From: Blastopirellula marina
GTDB lineage: Bacteria > Planctomycetota > Phycisphaerae > Sedimentisphaerales > UBA12454
NCBI GenBank assembly: GCA_020721975.1
Contig: DYLR01000001.1
Span: 1 to 61,918 of the forward strand
Direction of reading: 5' to 3'
DNA: 61,918 bases
Below the pieces are notes generated by a model that ran no database searches, was not told where the DNA came from, and saw only the letters and a program-made list of their open reading frames with translations. The position numbers and the translations under genes are program-made. How positions within the stretch are numbered: the stretch's first letter is position 1; every line of letters starts with the position of its first letter. Shown here piece after piece: positions 54,544 through 61,768 of the stretch.

Positions 54544-56338
54544 TTACATCAACAGGTAAATTCGCGTCGGACACAATTGCGGCAGCTGTTTGCGTCCAGT
54601 CCGCAAGCCGTTTTTCCCATATCGGACGTTTCGGCGGATATTTAACAGACTGTAATTTGGCGGCTGCTGCCGATATCCTGCCGGCGTCCTGCACCGTATT
54701 AAAATAAGCGTCAATAACCGAAGATGTTGCTTCGTCAATATCGCCGCCTGCAAGCTGGGCCGTGAGCATATCCGCTGCTGCGCCGAATTTGCCGCCATGA
54801 AGATAAACATCGAGCAAATCGGCTGCATACAGCTTTTTTTCATTTGCATCGGCCTGCTCGACAAGCGAACCGAGATACCTGGCCGCCTGTTCATAGTCCT
54901 TTGATTGCTTATAGGCAACGGCCAGCTCTATCGTTATTTGCTTTTTAAGGTCGCTCGACGGCGACTCGGAGGTCTTTTTCTCGGCAAGCTCAAGAGCATT
55001 GCGAACAAGCACAAGGTCTTGTTCTGTTCCCTCAGCAGAAAGCCTTTTCGCCCAGCTCATCAAAACAGGCGCAGGACACTTCTGAAAGACCTTGAGCATA
55101 CCGCCTGCGGCATTTTTACGGATTTCCATACTCGCGGCGTTCATCCGCAAATGATTGAGCCATTCCATATCGGATGCTTCGCCGTAAGATGCGGCCAGGT
55201 CAACAAGATTTCGCTGAATTATTTCGCTCTTCGTGTCCCAGAAACCCCTTTCCACAAGCAGTTTGTAGCCGCTGACAGGGTCGATGTTTATCAGCCCCAC
55301 TGCCGCCGCTTCCACCAGAGTTTTATGAACCTCTCCCAGAGCCGATACGAAAATATCATCAAACAGCTCGGTCGCAACGGCTCTGTAATAACTGTCGTTG
55401 CCGCAAAGTCTGCTCATTTCGTCAAGCAGTTTCGCACGATATTCAACGGTATTGTCCTGCCGCTGATAACGTTTTGCCAAAAGTTCGAAATATGCCCTGC
55501 CGAGTTTTTCGTCCAGGCCGTCCTTGAGCAGAAGTTTGCGAATGACCTCCGCACCAATAAGACTTTTTTCCGGCTCATTGCTGTCAAGATACACAGACGC
55601 CGCGTCAAGAGCCTCGATACGGATTTCCGGCGAAATATTGTAAGACGAGCCGGCGCTGGATGCATACCCGCCGACCTGACCAATGGCCGCAAGAAGCTCT
55701 ATACGCACCGCAGGGTCGCTTTCGCAGCGGAACTGCTCTATAAGTTTTTGAGATGAGTCGATTTTCACAAGCAGGGCAAGCAGTCTGGACGTGGCAAGTC
55801 TTATCTGACCGTTACGGTCGCAAACAAGACTCTTCAGCGGCTCGCCGAGCGCTTCCACAGGCACATCAGTTCCACTGTTGCGCCAGGCATCAACTTTGTT
55901 CAGCGACCACAATTTAACGTCGTCCTGCTGTGAGGCAAGACACTCAAGCAAAAATGCCAGACGCGAATCATCGCCGGCAAGCCCCGCGTAAATCCTGTCA
56001 AGGGCGTCAAGATAACGCTGCTGTGCGGCTGCAAGTGCGGCCTCCAGGTCGGCTATGCGTTTTTCCAGCTCGGCAAGCCGCCTGCCGGGCGTTTCTTCGC
56101 CGCTGGTTTCCTCCACCGGGGTTTTAGCGGAAGAATTATCCGCAGCGCTCATAACTTCCAGAATAATCCCCTCTGCAGGAACAGTATGTATATTTGCATC
56201 CGGCCAGGCTGAAACCTCCGCGTTAGTAATCTGATGCTGACCATTCAACCACTCGTCTGTGCCTAAACTCACAGCCGAAAGGTTCAACAGCAGACCAAGA
56301 CCTGCCAAAATCACCTTGCTAAAATTAAATTTCGCCAT
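54530..56338 (-). CDS. Secreted protein with a coiled coil and HEAT/TPR-like helical repeats. Function unknown.
   Basis: Signal peptide MAKFNFSKVILAGLGLLLNLSAVSLG, a coiled coil RRLAELEKRIADLEAALAAAQQRYL, and a helical-repeat remainder. It overlaps the nitroreductase start by 14 nt. Confidence 0.6.
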   Translation of the reverse strand: MAKFNFSKVILAGLGLLLNLSAVSLGTDEWLNGQHQITNAEVSAWPDANIHTVPAEGIILEVMSAADNSSAKTPVEETSGEETPGRRLAELEKRIADLEAALAAAQQRYLDALDRIYAGLAGDDSRLAFLLECLASQQDDVKLWSLNKVDAWRNSGTDVPVEALGEPLKSLVCDRNGQIRLATSRLLALLVKIDSSQKLIEQFRCESDPAVRIELLAAIGQVGGYASSAGSSYNISPEIRIEALDAASVYLDSNEPEKSLIGAEVIRKLLLKDGLDEKLGRAYFELLAKRYQRQDNTVEYRAKLLDEMSRLCGNDSYYRAVATELFDDIFVSALGEVHKTLVEAAAVGLINIDPVSGYKLLVERGFWDTKSEIIQRNLVDLAASYGEASDMEWLNHLRMNAASMEIRKNAAGGMLKVFQKCPAPVLMSWAKRLSAEGTEQDLVLVRNALELAEKKTSESPSSDLKKQITIELAVAYKQSKDYEQAARYLGSLVEQADANEKKLYAADLLDVYLHGGKFGAAADMLTAQLAGGDIDEATSSVIDAYFNTVQDAGRISAAAAKLQSVKYPPKRPIWEKRLADWTQTAAAIVSDANLPVDVNGRD

Positions 56339-56441
56339 TTTTAACCAAAAAACAGGATAAATAACCGCGTTCAGTTATTATAAACACTGTGCAAGACTGC
56401 ACAACAACAAAAAAAATGCAAAAAACAATTTTTTGTAACCG

Positions 56442-56528
56442 TTAGCCCCGCGATTTATTCGCGGGGTCATTGTTTAGCCGCCGTCGGCACGACGGCGAAT
56501 CTTTTAGCCTGCCGGCCAGTCCGGCAGG
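56442..56528. repeat. Array of three REP-like modules, each TTAGCC plus a different perfect 8-bp GC hairpin
   Basis: TTAG-CCCCGCGA/tttat/TCGCGGGG (56442-66); TTAGC-CGCCGTCG/gca/CGACGGCG (56474-97); TTAG-CCTGCCGG/ccagt/CCGGCAGG (56504-28). Confidence 0.85.
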
Positions 56529-56551
56529 TTTCTTCCTCGCAGGCCATATAT

Positions 56552-56610
56552 GCGTATCTCGTGAAGCGTGAAGCGGAATACGAGATACGCTTCACGAACA
56601 ACGCTTCACG
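56552..56610. promoter_or_regulatory. Mutually exclusive hairpin set (candidate RNA switch or complex terminator) downstream of murG
   Basis: An 11-bp stem GCGTATCTCGT (56552-62) / ACGAGATACGC (56580-90) competes with two CGTGAAGCG copies (56560-68, 56567-75) pairing to two CGCTTCACG copies (56588-96, 56602-10). Confidence 0.5.
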
Positions 56611-56664
56611 TTTCTGCGGGCGTCGGGGCTGCATTCACGCGACTGTTCCCTTTATAAATTCCCG

Positions 56665-57783
56665 TTATTTTTTTATCTGTCGCTCCCGCGCTATCTGTAC
56701 AATTATTGACGCTATTGTCATAGCGGCGTTTTTGACGGCGATTTTTTCACAGTTCCGGCTCATTTGCAGCAGCTTCTCATCGTTTGTCATCAGGCCGGAC
56801 AATACGGGCCAAAGAGCGCGGGCGGTCTTTTCCGTATCGCATAAATCGTCAACAATTTCACAGCAGCCCGCCTCGACCAGCACCTCCGCATTAAGCCGCT
56901 GATGATTATCCTTATGATAAGGATAAGGCAGACATATACAGGGCGTACCCGTCGCGGCATATTCAGCCACACTCATCGCCCCCGCCCTGCCGATAACCAG
57001 CTCGGCCGCCGCCAGCAGCGATGCCTTGTCGTCATAATAACTTAAAACTTTATGCTTGATTTTTACATTGGCGTAAAGCGACGACACGCCGTCATAATGT
57101 GCCACGCCTGCAATATGGACAATCTGCCACTGACCGGCAAAACCTTCGAGTTTTTCCAGCAGATACGCCACCGTGTTGTTTATATTCACGGCTCCGCCGC
57201 TGCCGCCGTCAACCAGCAAAGTTTTCTTTCTCGAATCAAGCCCCAGCTCAGCAATGACCGCCTGCGGATGCGGCTGGTCAAAAATTTTCCGCAGCGGAGC
57301 ACCGGTTATCATCACTTTACGTTTACGCCGGCCAAAATGTTTTCGCGTAATCTCGAACTGTGCAAAAATAATCCTCGCATATCGGGCAAGAGCCTTGTTA
57401 GCCTTGCCCGGCACGGAATCAACATTTATCATGACTACCGGCACTGACCGCCGATGCGCTATTTTCGCGGGAGCAAACGATACAAATCCGCCCACTCCCA
57501 CCATAACGCCGCCGTCCGGAGTGATTTCAACAGATGCAAGTCTGCGGCTTTTGAAATAGGATGTGTAAAATTTCAAAATCCCTTTGGGTGTGGCGATAAA
57601 CGGTTCCTGCGGCAGCGGCACATAAATAAATTTGCTCTTGGCAAGTATTGCCGAATCCAAGGCCCGGTTGCTGCAAAAAAAGGTAATTTGCGCCTGCTCG
57701 TCGAGTTCTCTGATTCGTTCTGCCACCGCAATGGCCGGGTAAATATGTCCGCCGGTCCCGCCGCCGGCAAAATAATATTTCAT
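56665..57783 (-). CDS. murG: UDP-N-acetylglucosamine:lipid I N-acetylglucosaminyltransferase MurG
   Basis: MKYYFAGGGTGGHIYPAIAVAE..., GGSGGA, and a C-terminal GT28 domain. No other dcw genes are adjacent. Confidence 0.9.
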   Translation of the reverse strand: MKYYFAGGGTGGHIYPAIAVAERIRELDEQAQITFFCSNRALDSAILAKSKFIYVPLPQEPFIATPKGILKFYTSYFKSRRLASVEITPDGGVMVGVGGFVSFAPAKIAHRRSVPVVMINVDSVPGKANKALARYARIIFAQFEITRKHFGRRKRKVMITGAPLRKIFDQPHPQAVIAELGLDSRKKTLLVDGGSGGAVNINNTVAYLLEKLEGFAGQWQIVHIAGVAHYDGVSSLYANVKIKHKVLSYYDDKASLLAAAELVIGRAGAMSVAEYAATGTPCICLPYPYHKDNHQRLNAEVLVEAGCCEIVDDLCDTEKTARALWPVLSGLMTNDEKLLQMSRNCEKIAVKNAAMTIASIIVQIARERQIKK

Positions 57784-57807
57784 TTATGCTCTGTAATCTT
57801 TCTTTGT

Positions 57808-57862
57808 TTAGCCGCCGTCGCCGCGCCGGCGTATTCGTCAGCCCCACGATTTATTCGCGAGG
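57808..57862. repeat. Degenerate pair of REP-like modules (TTAGCC hairpin plus TCAGCC hairpin) upstream of murG
   Basis: ttagccgccgtcgccgcgccggcg (7 of 8 stem pairs) and tcagccccacgatttattcgcgagg (6 of 8 stem pairs). Same words and flanks as at 35013 and 56442. Confidence 0.7.
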
Positions 57863-58249
57863 TTTATTTTAGTCTTTTTGAAAGCCTATGTCGAGCAGTT
57901 CTTTGTTTGACGGCGGGATATTGTGGGGGGCGTAAAATGTATAGGCTCCCCGTCTGGCCTGCGGGGAGCCTTAACTGCCGCGAAACTTCACCAGTATTAT
58001 TATGTGTGTTTTCGCGAACAGAATGCGAGCGGGCGTAGATGGAATATAATAGGGAAAAGCTGTCGGAAATGTTTTTAGGTTCGGCTGTCCGTGCCGGCGG
58101 GTTTTTGTGCCGTACCGCCATATTTTCAAAACCTTCAAATCCCCAAAACACATTACATTATATGACCGCCCTGCCGCCCGTCAAATAAATTTTACCCAGT
58201 TTCATGGATTAACACGGGTTTTTTTGAAATGGATTTTGTTATTTTGAAT

Positions 58250-58279
58250 TTGGTTATTAAATGGATGTTGTGTTATTGG
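58250..58279. repeat. 30-nt copy (1 mismatch) of the C-free word block also found at 52777-52806
   Basis: ttggtTattaaatggatgttgtgttattgg compared with ttggtCattaaatggatgttgtgttattgg. Confidence 0.85.
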
Positions 58280-58324
58280 TTAATTGGATGTTTATATCCC
58301 CTATACCCACTATTAATCCGGCTG

Positions 58325-59269
58325 TTATGTATCTATTTCTCTTAAACCGAGTCGGGCTGCTATGGCGTCAAATTCATCGAGAGAATAGAACTCTATTATG
58401 ATTTTTCCGCGTTTACCCCCTTTATCAGTATTGATAATGACCTTTGTGCCGAGTTCTGATCTAATGCGATTTTCAAGGTCTAAAATGTGGCTTGGTTTAA
58501 TATTTCCTATTATTTTATCGGACTTTTGTGGTTCAAGTTGCTGACGGACAAGCCTTTCGACTTCTCGTACGCTAAGTCGCCCTGCCATTGCTCTATGTGC
58601 AAGTTTCCTCCTTAATTCATCTGTTGGCAGGGCTAAAATTGCCCTTGCGTGTCCCATATCGAGTTGTTCATCGATGAGCATTTGTTGTATTTCGCCGGGA
58701 AGGCTCAACAGCCGCAGGTAATTAGCTATGACCGACCTGTCTTCGCCGAGTCTTTGAGCAGCATCAGCCTGCGTTAGATCGAATTTGTCGAGATATTCCT
58801 GGTAGGCCTTTGCCCTTTCGAGAGGATTTAGGTCGGCTCGATGAATGTTCTCGACAAGTGCCAGTTCGAGCATCTCGCTGTCATCCGCCTGCCTAATAAG
58901 GGCAGGCACATCCGACAGGCCTGCCATTTTTGCCGCCCGAAGTCTTCTTTCGCCTGCAATAAGCTCATAAACCTCCCCTGTCTTGCGGACAATCAGCGGC
59001 TGAATCACGCCGTTTGCCTTTATTGATTCGGAAAGGTCGTTCAAATCCTGATTTTTCCATATCTTTCGCGGCTGATACGGATTTGGCTGAATCCGGTCTA
59101 TAGGCAACTGTCTCAACGATTCATGAACAATATGGTCCGGCGGGAATACACCTTCTTGCGATGTTAAAGGCTCAACCTGTGCTGCGGACTCGGCAGGGAG
59201 GGTAAATGGCCCAATCAGAGACTGAAGCCCCCTGCCAAGATGCCTCGGCTTTTCTTTCTTGTCCGTCAT
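58325..59269 (-). CDS. parB: Chromosome partitioning protein ParB/Spo0J (no adjacent parA)
   Basis: HLGRGLQSLI, the ParB box YELIAGERRLRAAKMAGL, and the HTH region. Confidence 0.92.
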   Translation of the reverse strand: MTDKKEKPRHLGRGLQSLIGPFTLPAESAAQVEPLTSQEGVFPPDHIVHESLRQLPIDRIQPNPYQPRKIWKNQDLNDLSESIKANGVIQPLIVRKTGEVYELIAGERRLRAAKMAGLSDVPALIRQADDSEMLELALVENIHRADLNPLERAKAYQEYLDKFDLTQADAAQRLGEDRSVIANYLRLLSLPGEIQQMLIDEQLDMGHARAILALPTDELRRKLAHRAMAGRLSVREVERLVRQQLEPQKSDKIIGNIKPSHILDLENRIRSELGTKVIINTDKGGKRGKIIIEFYSLDEFDAIAARLGLREIDT

Positions 59270-59405
59270 AAAACCTCCATGTAATCAATTAAAATTTAAT
59301 GTTGAGCAAGTTATAACCATATTTTCCAACTATTTCAATAGACAAAACCAAAAAGGCGAAAATATATCCGTACAATAGTGGGCAACAAGGCAGGGCAGTA
59401 AAAAA

Positions 59406-59421
59406 TGTTTCACGTGAAACA
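59406..59421. promoter_or_regulatory. parS centromere site (perfect 16-bp palindrome)
   Basis: TGTTTCACGTGAAACA matches the canonical parS consensus, 137 nt upstream of the parB start. Confidence 0.85.
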
Positions 59422-59438
59422 TTTTTGCCGGAGAACTT

Positions 59439-59510
59439 AAAAAAAAGCAAAGCAGGGGGGCGGAAAGAAAAGAATAAAAAAAGCAAAGCAGGGGGCAGGA
59501 AAAAAAGAAT
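59439..59510. repeat. Two tandem units of about 36 bp between the two parS sites
   Basis: aaaaaaaagcaaagcaggggggcggaaagaaaagaat / aaaaaaagcaaagcagggggcaggaaaaaaagaat. Confidence 0.85.
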
Positions 59511-59547
59511 GAACAGAATCAACCATCACTGCCAATACTGAAAAAAT

Positions 59548-59563
59548 TGTTTCACGTGAAACA
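59548..59563. promoter_or_regulatory. Second perfect parS site
   Basis: TGTTTCACGTGAAACA, 142 bp from the first site. Confidence 0.85.
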
Positions 59564-59588
59564 ATTAAGGTGATTATAGAGCCGTATA

Positions 59589-59597
59589 TGCTATAAT
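59589..59597 (+). promoter_or_regulatory. Candidate extended -10 promoter (TGcTATAAT) for the redoxin lipoprotein gene
   Basis: Matches TGnTATAAT exactly, 163 nt upstream of the ATG at 59760. Pattern match only. Confidence 0.3.
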
Positions 59598-59625
59598 GTT
59601 TACGAAGACAGTAATTTAATCGCAT

Positions 59626-59665
59626 ATTGCGCTGATTTTTATTTTGATTCGTTAATCAGCGCAAT
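59626..59665. promoter_or_regulatory. Perfect 12-bp inverted repeat (operator or leader hairpin)
   Basis: ATTGCGCTGATT, a 16-nt spacer, then AATCAGCGCAAT, between the candidate -10 and the 59760 gene. Confidence 0.45.
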
Positions 59666-59759
59666 CCGCGATAAAATATTGTATTATTTTGGAACTGATA
59701 ATAATATTATTTGTCCAACGGAATGGCAAACGAGAAAAAATTTTTGAAAGGGATTAAAA

Positions 59760-60545
59760 ATGAAGCGGAGTTTGATTGGTTTACTAATAATTTTTGCGGC
59801 AACGGCAATCATAATGGTCGGCTGCAAAAAATCGGCGCCGGCGGAAGCTGAAAAGCCTAATTCGGTTTCATCGACAGCAAACGGGCCTGCAGAACAACAA
59901 ATGCAAAAGCAGGTTGACCGCGATGGTCACACGCCTGCCAATGTCGAAAATATACAAACGCCGGACGGCAGGGCGGTAGTGGATGAGCTTCAAAAAATAA
60001 TCGAGGCTCTGCCCGAGAAAATCGTCGGACAAAAAGCCCCGGACTTTACGCTGAAAAATCTTGACGGCAATGATGTGAGTCTGAAGGACTTTGCAGGGAA
60101 AATAGTTGTCCTTGAATGGTTTAATTACGAATGTCCGTTTGTGCGTGCGCATTATACGATGGACCCGAACTATACTATGAAGAACCTCACGGCCAAATAT
60201 CCCGATGTTGTGTGGCTGAGCATTAACAGCACAGCTCATCAGGAGCTTGAAAAGAATCGCCGCTGGGCGAGTATGCACAAGCTGTCGTGGCAGATACTTG
60301 AGGATATTGACGGCAGAGTCGGCAGGGCGTACGGAGCAAAGACCACACCGCAGATGTACGTGATTGACAATACGGGTACGGTGGTTTATCAGGGAGCGAT
60401 TGACAATGCGCCGCTCGGCAAGGTCGAGCCTGCCGGAGCTGAAAAGATAAATTATGTTGACAACGCGCTTACCGAGGTTATCGCAGGCAAGCCGGTGGCC
60501 GTGCCTTATACGAAATCTTACGGCTGCAGCGTAAAATATAAATAG
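59760..60545 (+). CDS. Thioredoxin-fold (redoxin/AhpC-TSA-like) lipoprotein
   Basis: Lipobox IIMVGC. Redoxin pattern APDFTLKNLDGNDVSLKDFAGKIVVLEWFNYECPFV...TTPQMYVID. Confidence 0.75.
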   Translation: MKRSLIGLLIIFAATAIIMVGCKKSAPAEAEKPNSVSSTANGPAEQQMQKQVDRDGHTPANVENIQTPDGRAVVDELQKIIEALPEKIVGQKAPDFTLKNLDGNDVSLKDFAGKIVVLEWFNYECPFVRAHYTMDPNYTMKNLTAKYPDVVWLSINSTAHQELEKNRRWASMHKLSWQILEDIDGRVGRAYGAKTTPQMYVIDNTGTVVYQGAIDNAPLGKVEPAGAEKINYVDNALTEVIAGKPVAVPYTKSYGCSVKYK

Positions 60546-60628
60546 AGATAAAGTTAGTCAAGGCAGTAAAACAACAGGGGCGGTTCAATACCGCCCTTTT
60601 ATTTTGATTATAAGGCCTGTTCGGGGGG

Positions 60629-61768
60629 TTATAGTTTCTTTTCGTAAATTTGCTGTTCCCAGCGGGCGATTTCGTCGAGTCGTTCAATTATATTCAGGTG
60701 CTGTGTGCAGGCCTCTTCGCATCGCCGGCAGTGCAGACAATCCTTTGCTTGTGCCGGCACATCGACAAGTATTCCATAAATTTTCTGCTCGGCGAGTTCT
60801 TTAATCATTTTTTCATCACTGCGGTCTTGCAGCAGTTTGTCGTTATAAAACTGCATATAGGCGGCTATGGGGATTTTTTTCGGACAGCTTTTCATGCAGT
60901 ATCCGCAGCCGGTACAGAGCGAATTGAGATTTTCGCTTATGTGCGCCCGTATCTCGTTGATTTGTTTTTCATCAAGCGCTCTGCATTCATCGGCGCATCG
61001 GCAGGCCATATCGATTTGTTCCCGTCTGGAAAATCCGTTCAGTGCAACCGTAATCTGCGGACAGCCGATTAAAAATTCCAGCGCCGCCTGCGTGGGACTT
61101 TGCCCCGGCCCGGCGAGAAAGCCGAGTTGTTTTTCATATTTCGGGATAATACCGCCCGCCAGCGGATTCATAGCCACAACACCTATTCCCGCCCGGTATG
61201 CAGCCTGTGCGCCTGACCAGCGATACGGAAAATTCAGAATATTCATCCCAATCAAAATGCCGTCGAAACAGCCCTCATCGACGATGGTTTCAATTTCTTC
61301 GCCGCGAAGATGTGTCGATACGACAATATGATCGAGCCTGCCCTGTTGTTTGCACTTTAATAATCCTTCATACTGTCCGCCTTTTTGCATAGCCAGCCGA
61401 TATTGTTTCATTGAGCGTATGCACCAGACATAGTAGAAATCAATTTTATCGACATTCAGCCGCTTGAGCGATTTTTCGACCGCAGCGACAGCCTTTTCCG
61501 CAGTATCATTGGTTTCAGGAAAGCCTTTTGTGCAGATATAGACCTTGTCGCGCTGCCGGGCGAGCTGTTTTAAGGCAATGCCGAAAATATCTTCGCTTTT
61601 GTCGTCGCAGTACAGCGGTGCAGTATCGAAAAAATTTATGCCCTTGTCGAACGCGTATCGGACAAGTTCGGCATTTTTATTAAGCGAGCAGGTCATATCG
61701 AACCTCATCCCGCCAAACCCGACAGCCGAGACCTTCTTGCCTGTTTGGCCGTAAGTTTTGTAAATCAT
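60629..61768 (-). CDS. Aldo/keto reductase fused to a C-terminal 4Fe-4S cluster-binding domain
   Basis: AKR N-terminus YKTYGQTGKKVSAVGFGGMRF..FDTAPLY. C-terminal CTGCGYCMKSCP and CLHCRRCEEAC. The start is taken at MIYKTYG. Confidence 0.82.
   Translation of the reverse strand: MIYKTYGQTGKKVSAVGFGGMRFDMTCSLNKNAELVRYAFDKGINFFDTAPLYCDDKSEDIFGIALKQLARQRDKVYICTKGFPETNDTAEKAVAAVEKSLKRLNVDKIDFYYVWCIRSMKQYRLAMQKGGQYEGLLKCKQQGRLDHIVVSTHLRGEEIETIVDEGCFDGILIGMNILNFPYRWSGAQAAYRAGIGVVAMNPLAGGIIPKYEKQLGFLAGPGQSPTQAALEFLIGCPQITVALNGFSRREQIDMACRCADECRALDEKQINEIRAHISENLNSLCTGCGYCMKSCPKKIPIAAYMQFYNDKLLQDRSDEKMIKELAEQKIYGILVDVPAQAKDCLHCRRCEEACTQHLNIIERLDEIARWEQQIYEKKL

Noticed and set aside
56561-56902. 113-aa plus-strand ORF (MKREAEYEIRFTNNASRF...).
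   Set aside because: It starts inside the hairpin-switch repeats and runs antisense into murG. No motifs are present.
57864-58151. 95-aa minus-strand ORF in the murG upstream region.
   Set aside because: It has no SD, no recognisable domain and a composition typical of non-coding DNA. The region is kept as a candidate ncRNA or leader instead.
59439-59510. Possible CRISPR array.
   Set aside because: There are only two directly abutting units with no spacers. The units are not palindromic and there are no cas genes.
59289-59522. 77-aa minus-strand ORF (MILFILFFLPPALLFLFF...) across the parS/tandem-repeat region.
   Set aside because: The sequence is just the translation of the A/T-run plus GC-block tandem repeat, with no start context. 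The region is better explained as regulatory or centromere DNA.
59270-59759. Possible chromosomal origin (oriC), because of parB and the parS sites in AT-rich DNA.
   Set aside because: I found no TTATCCACA-like DnaA boxes or 13-mer AT repeats by eye, and no dnaA/dnaN nearby. parS sites can lie tens of kb from oriC.
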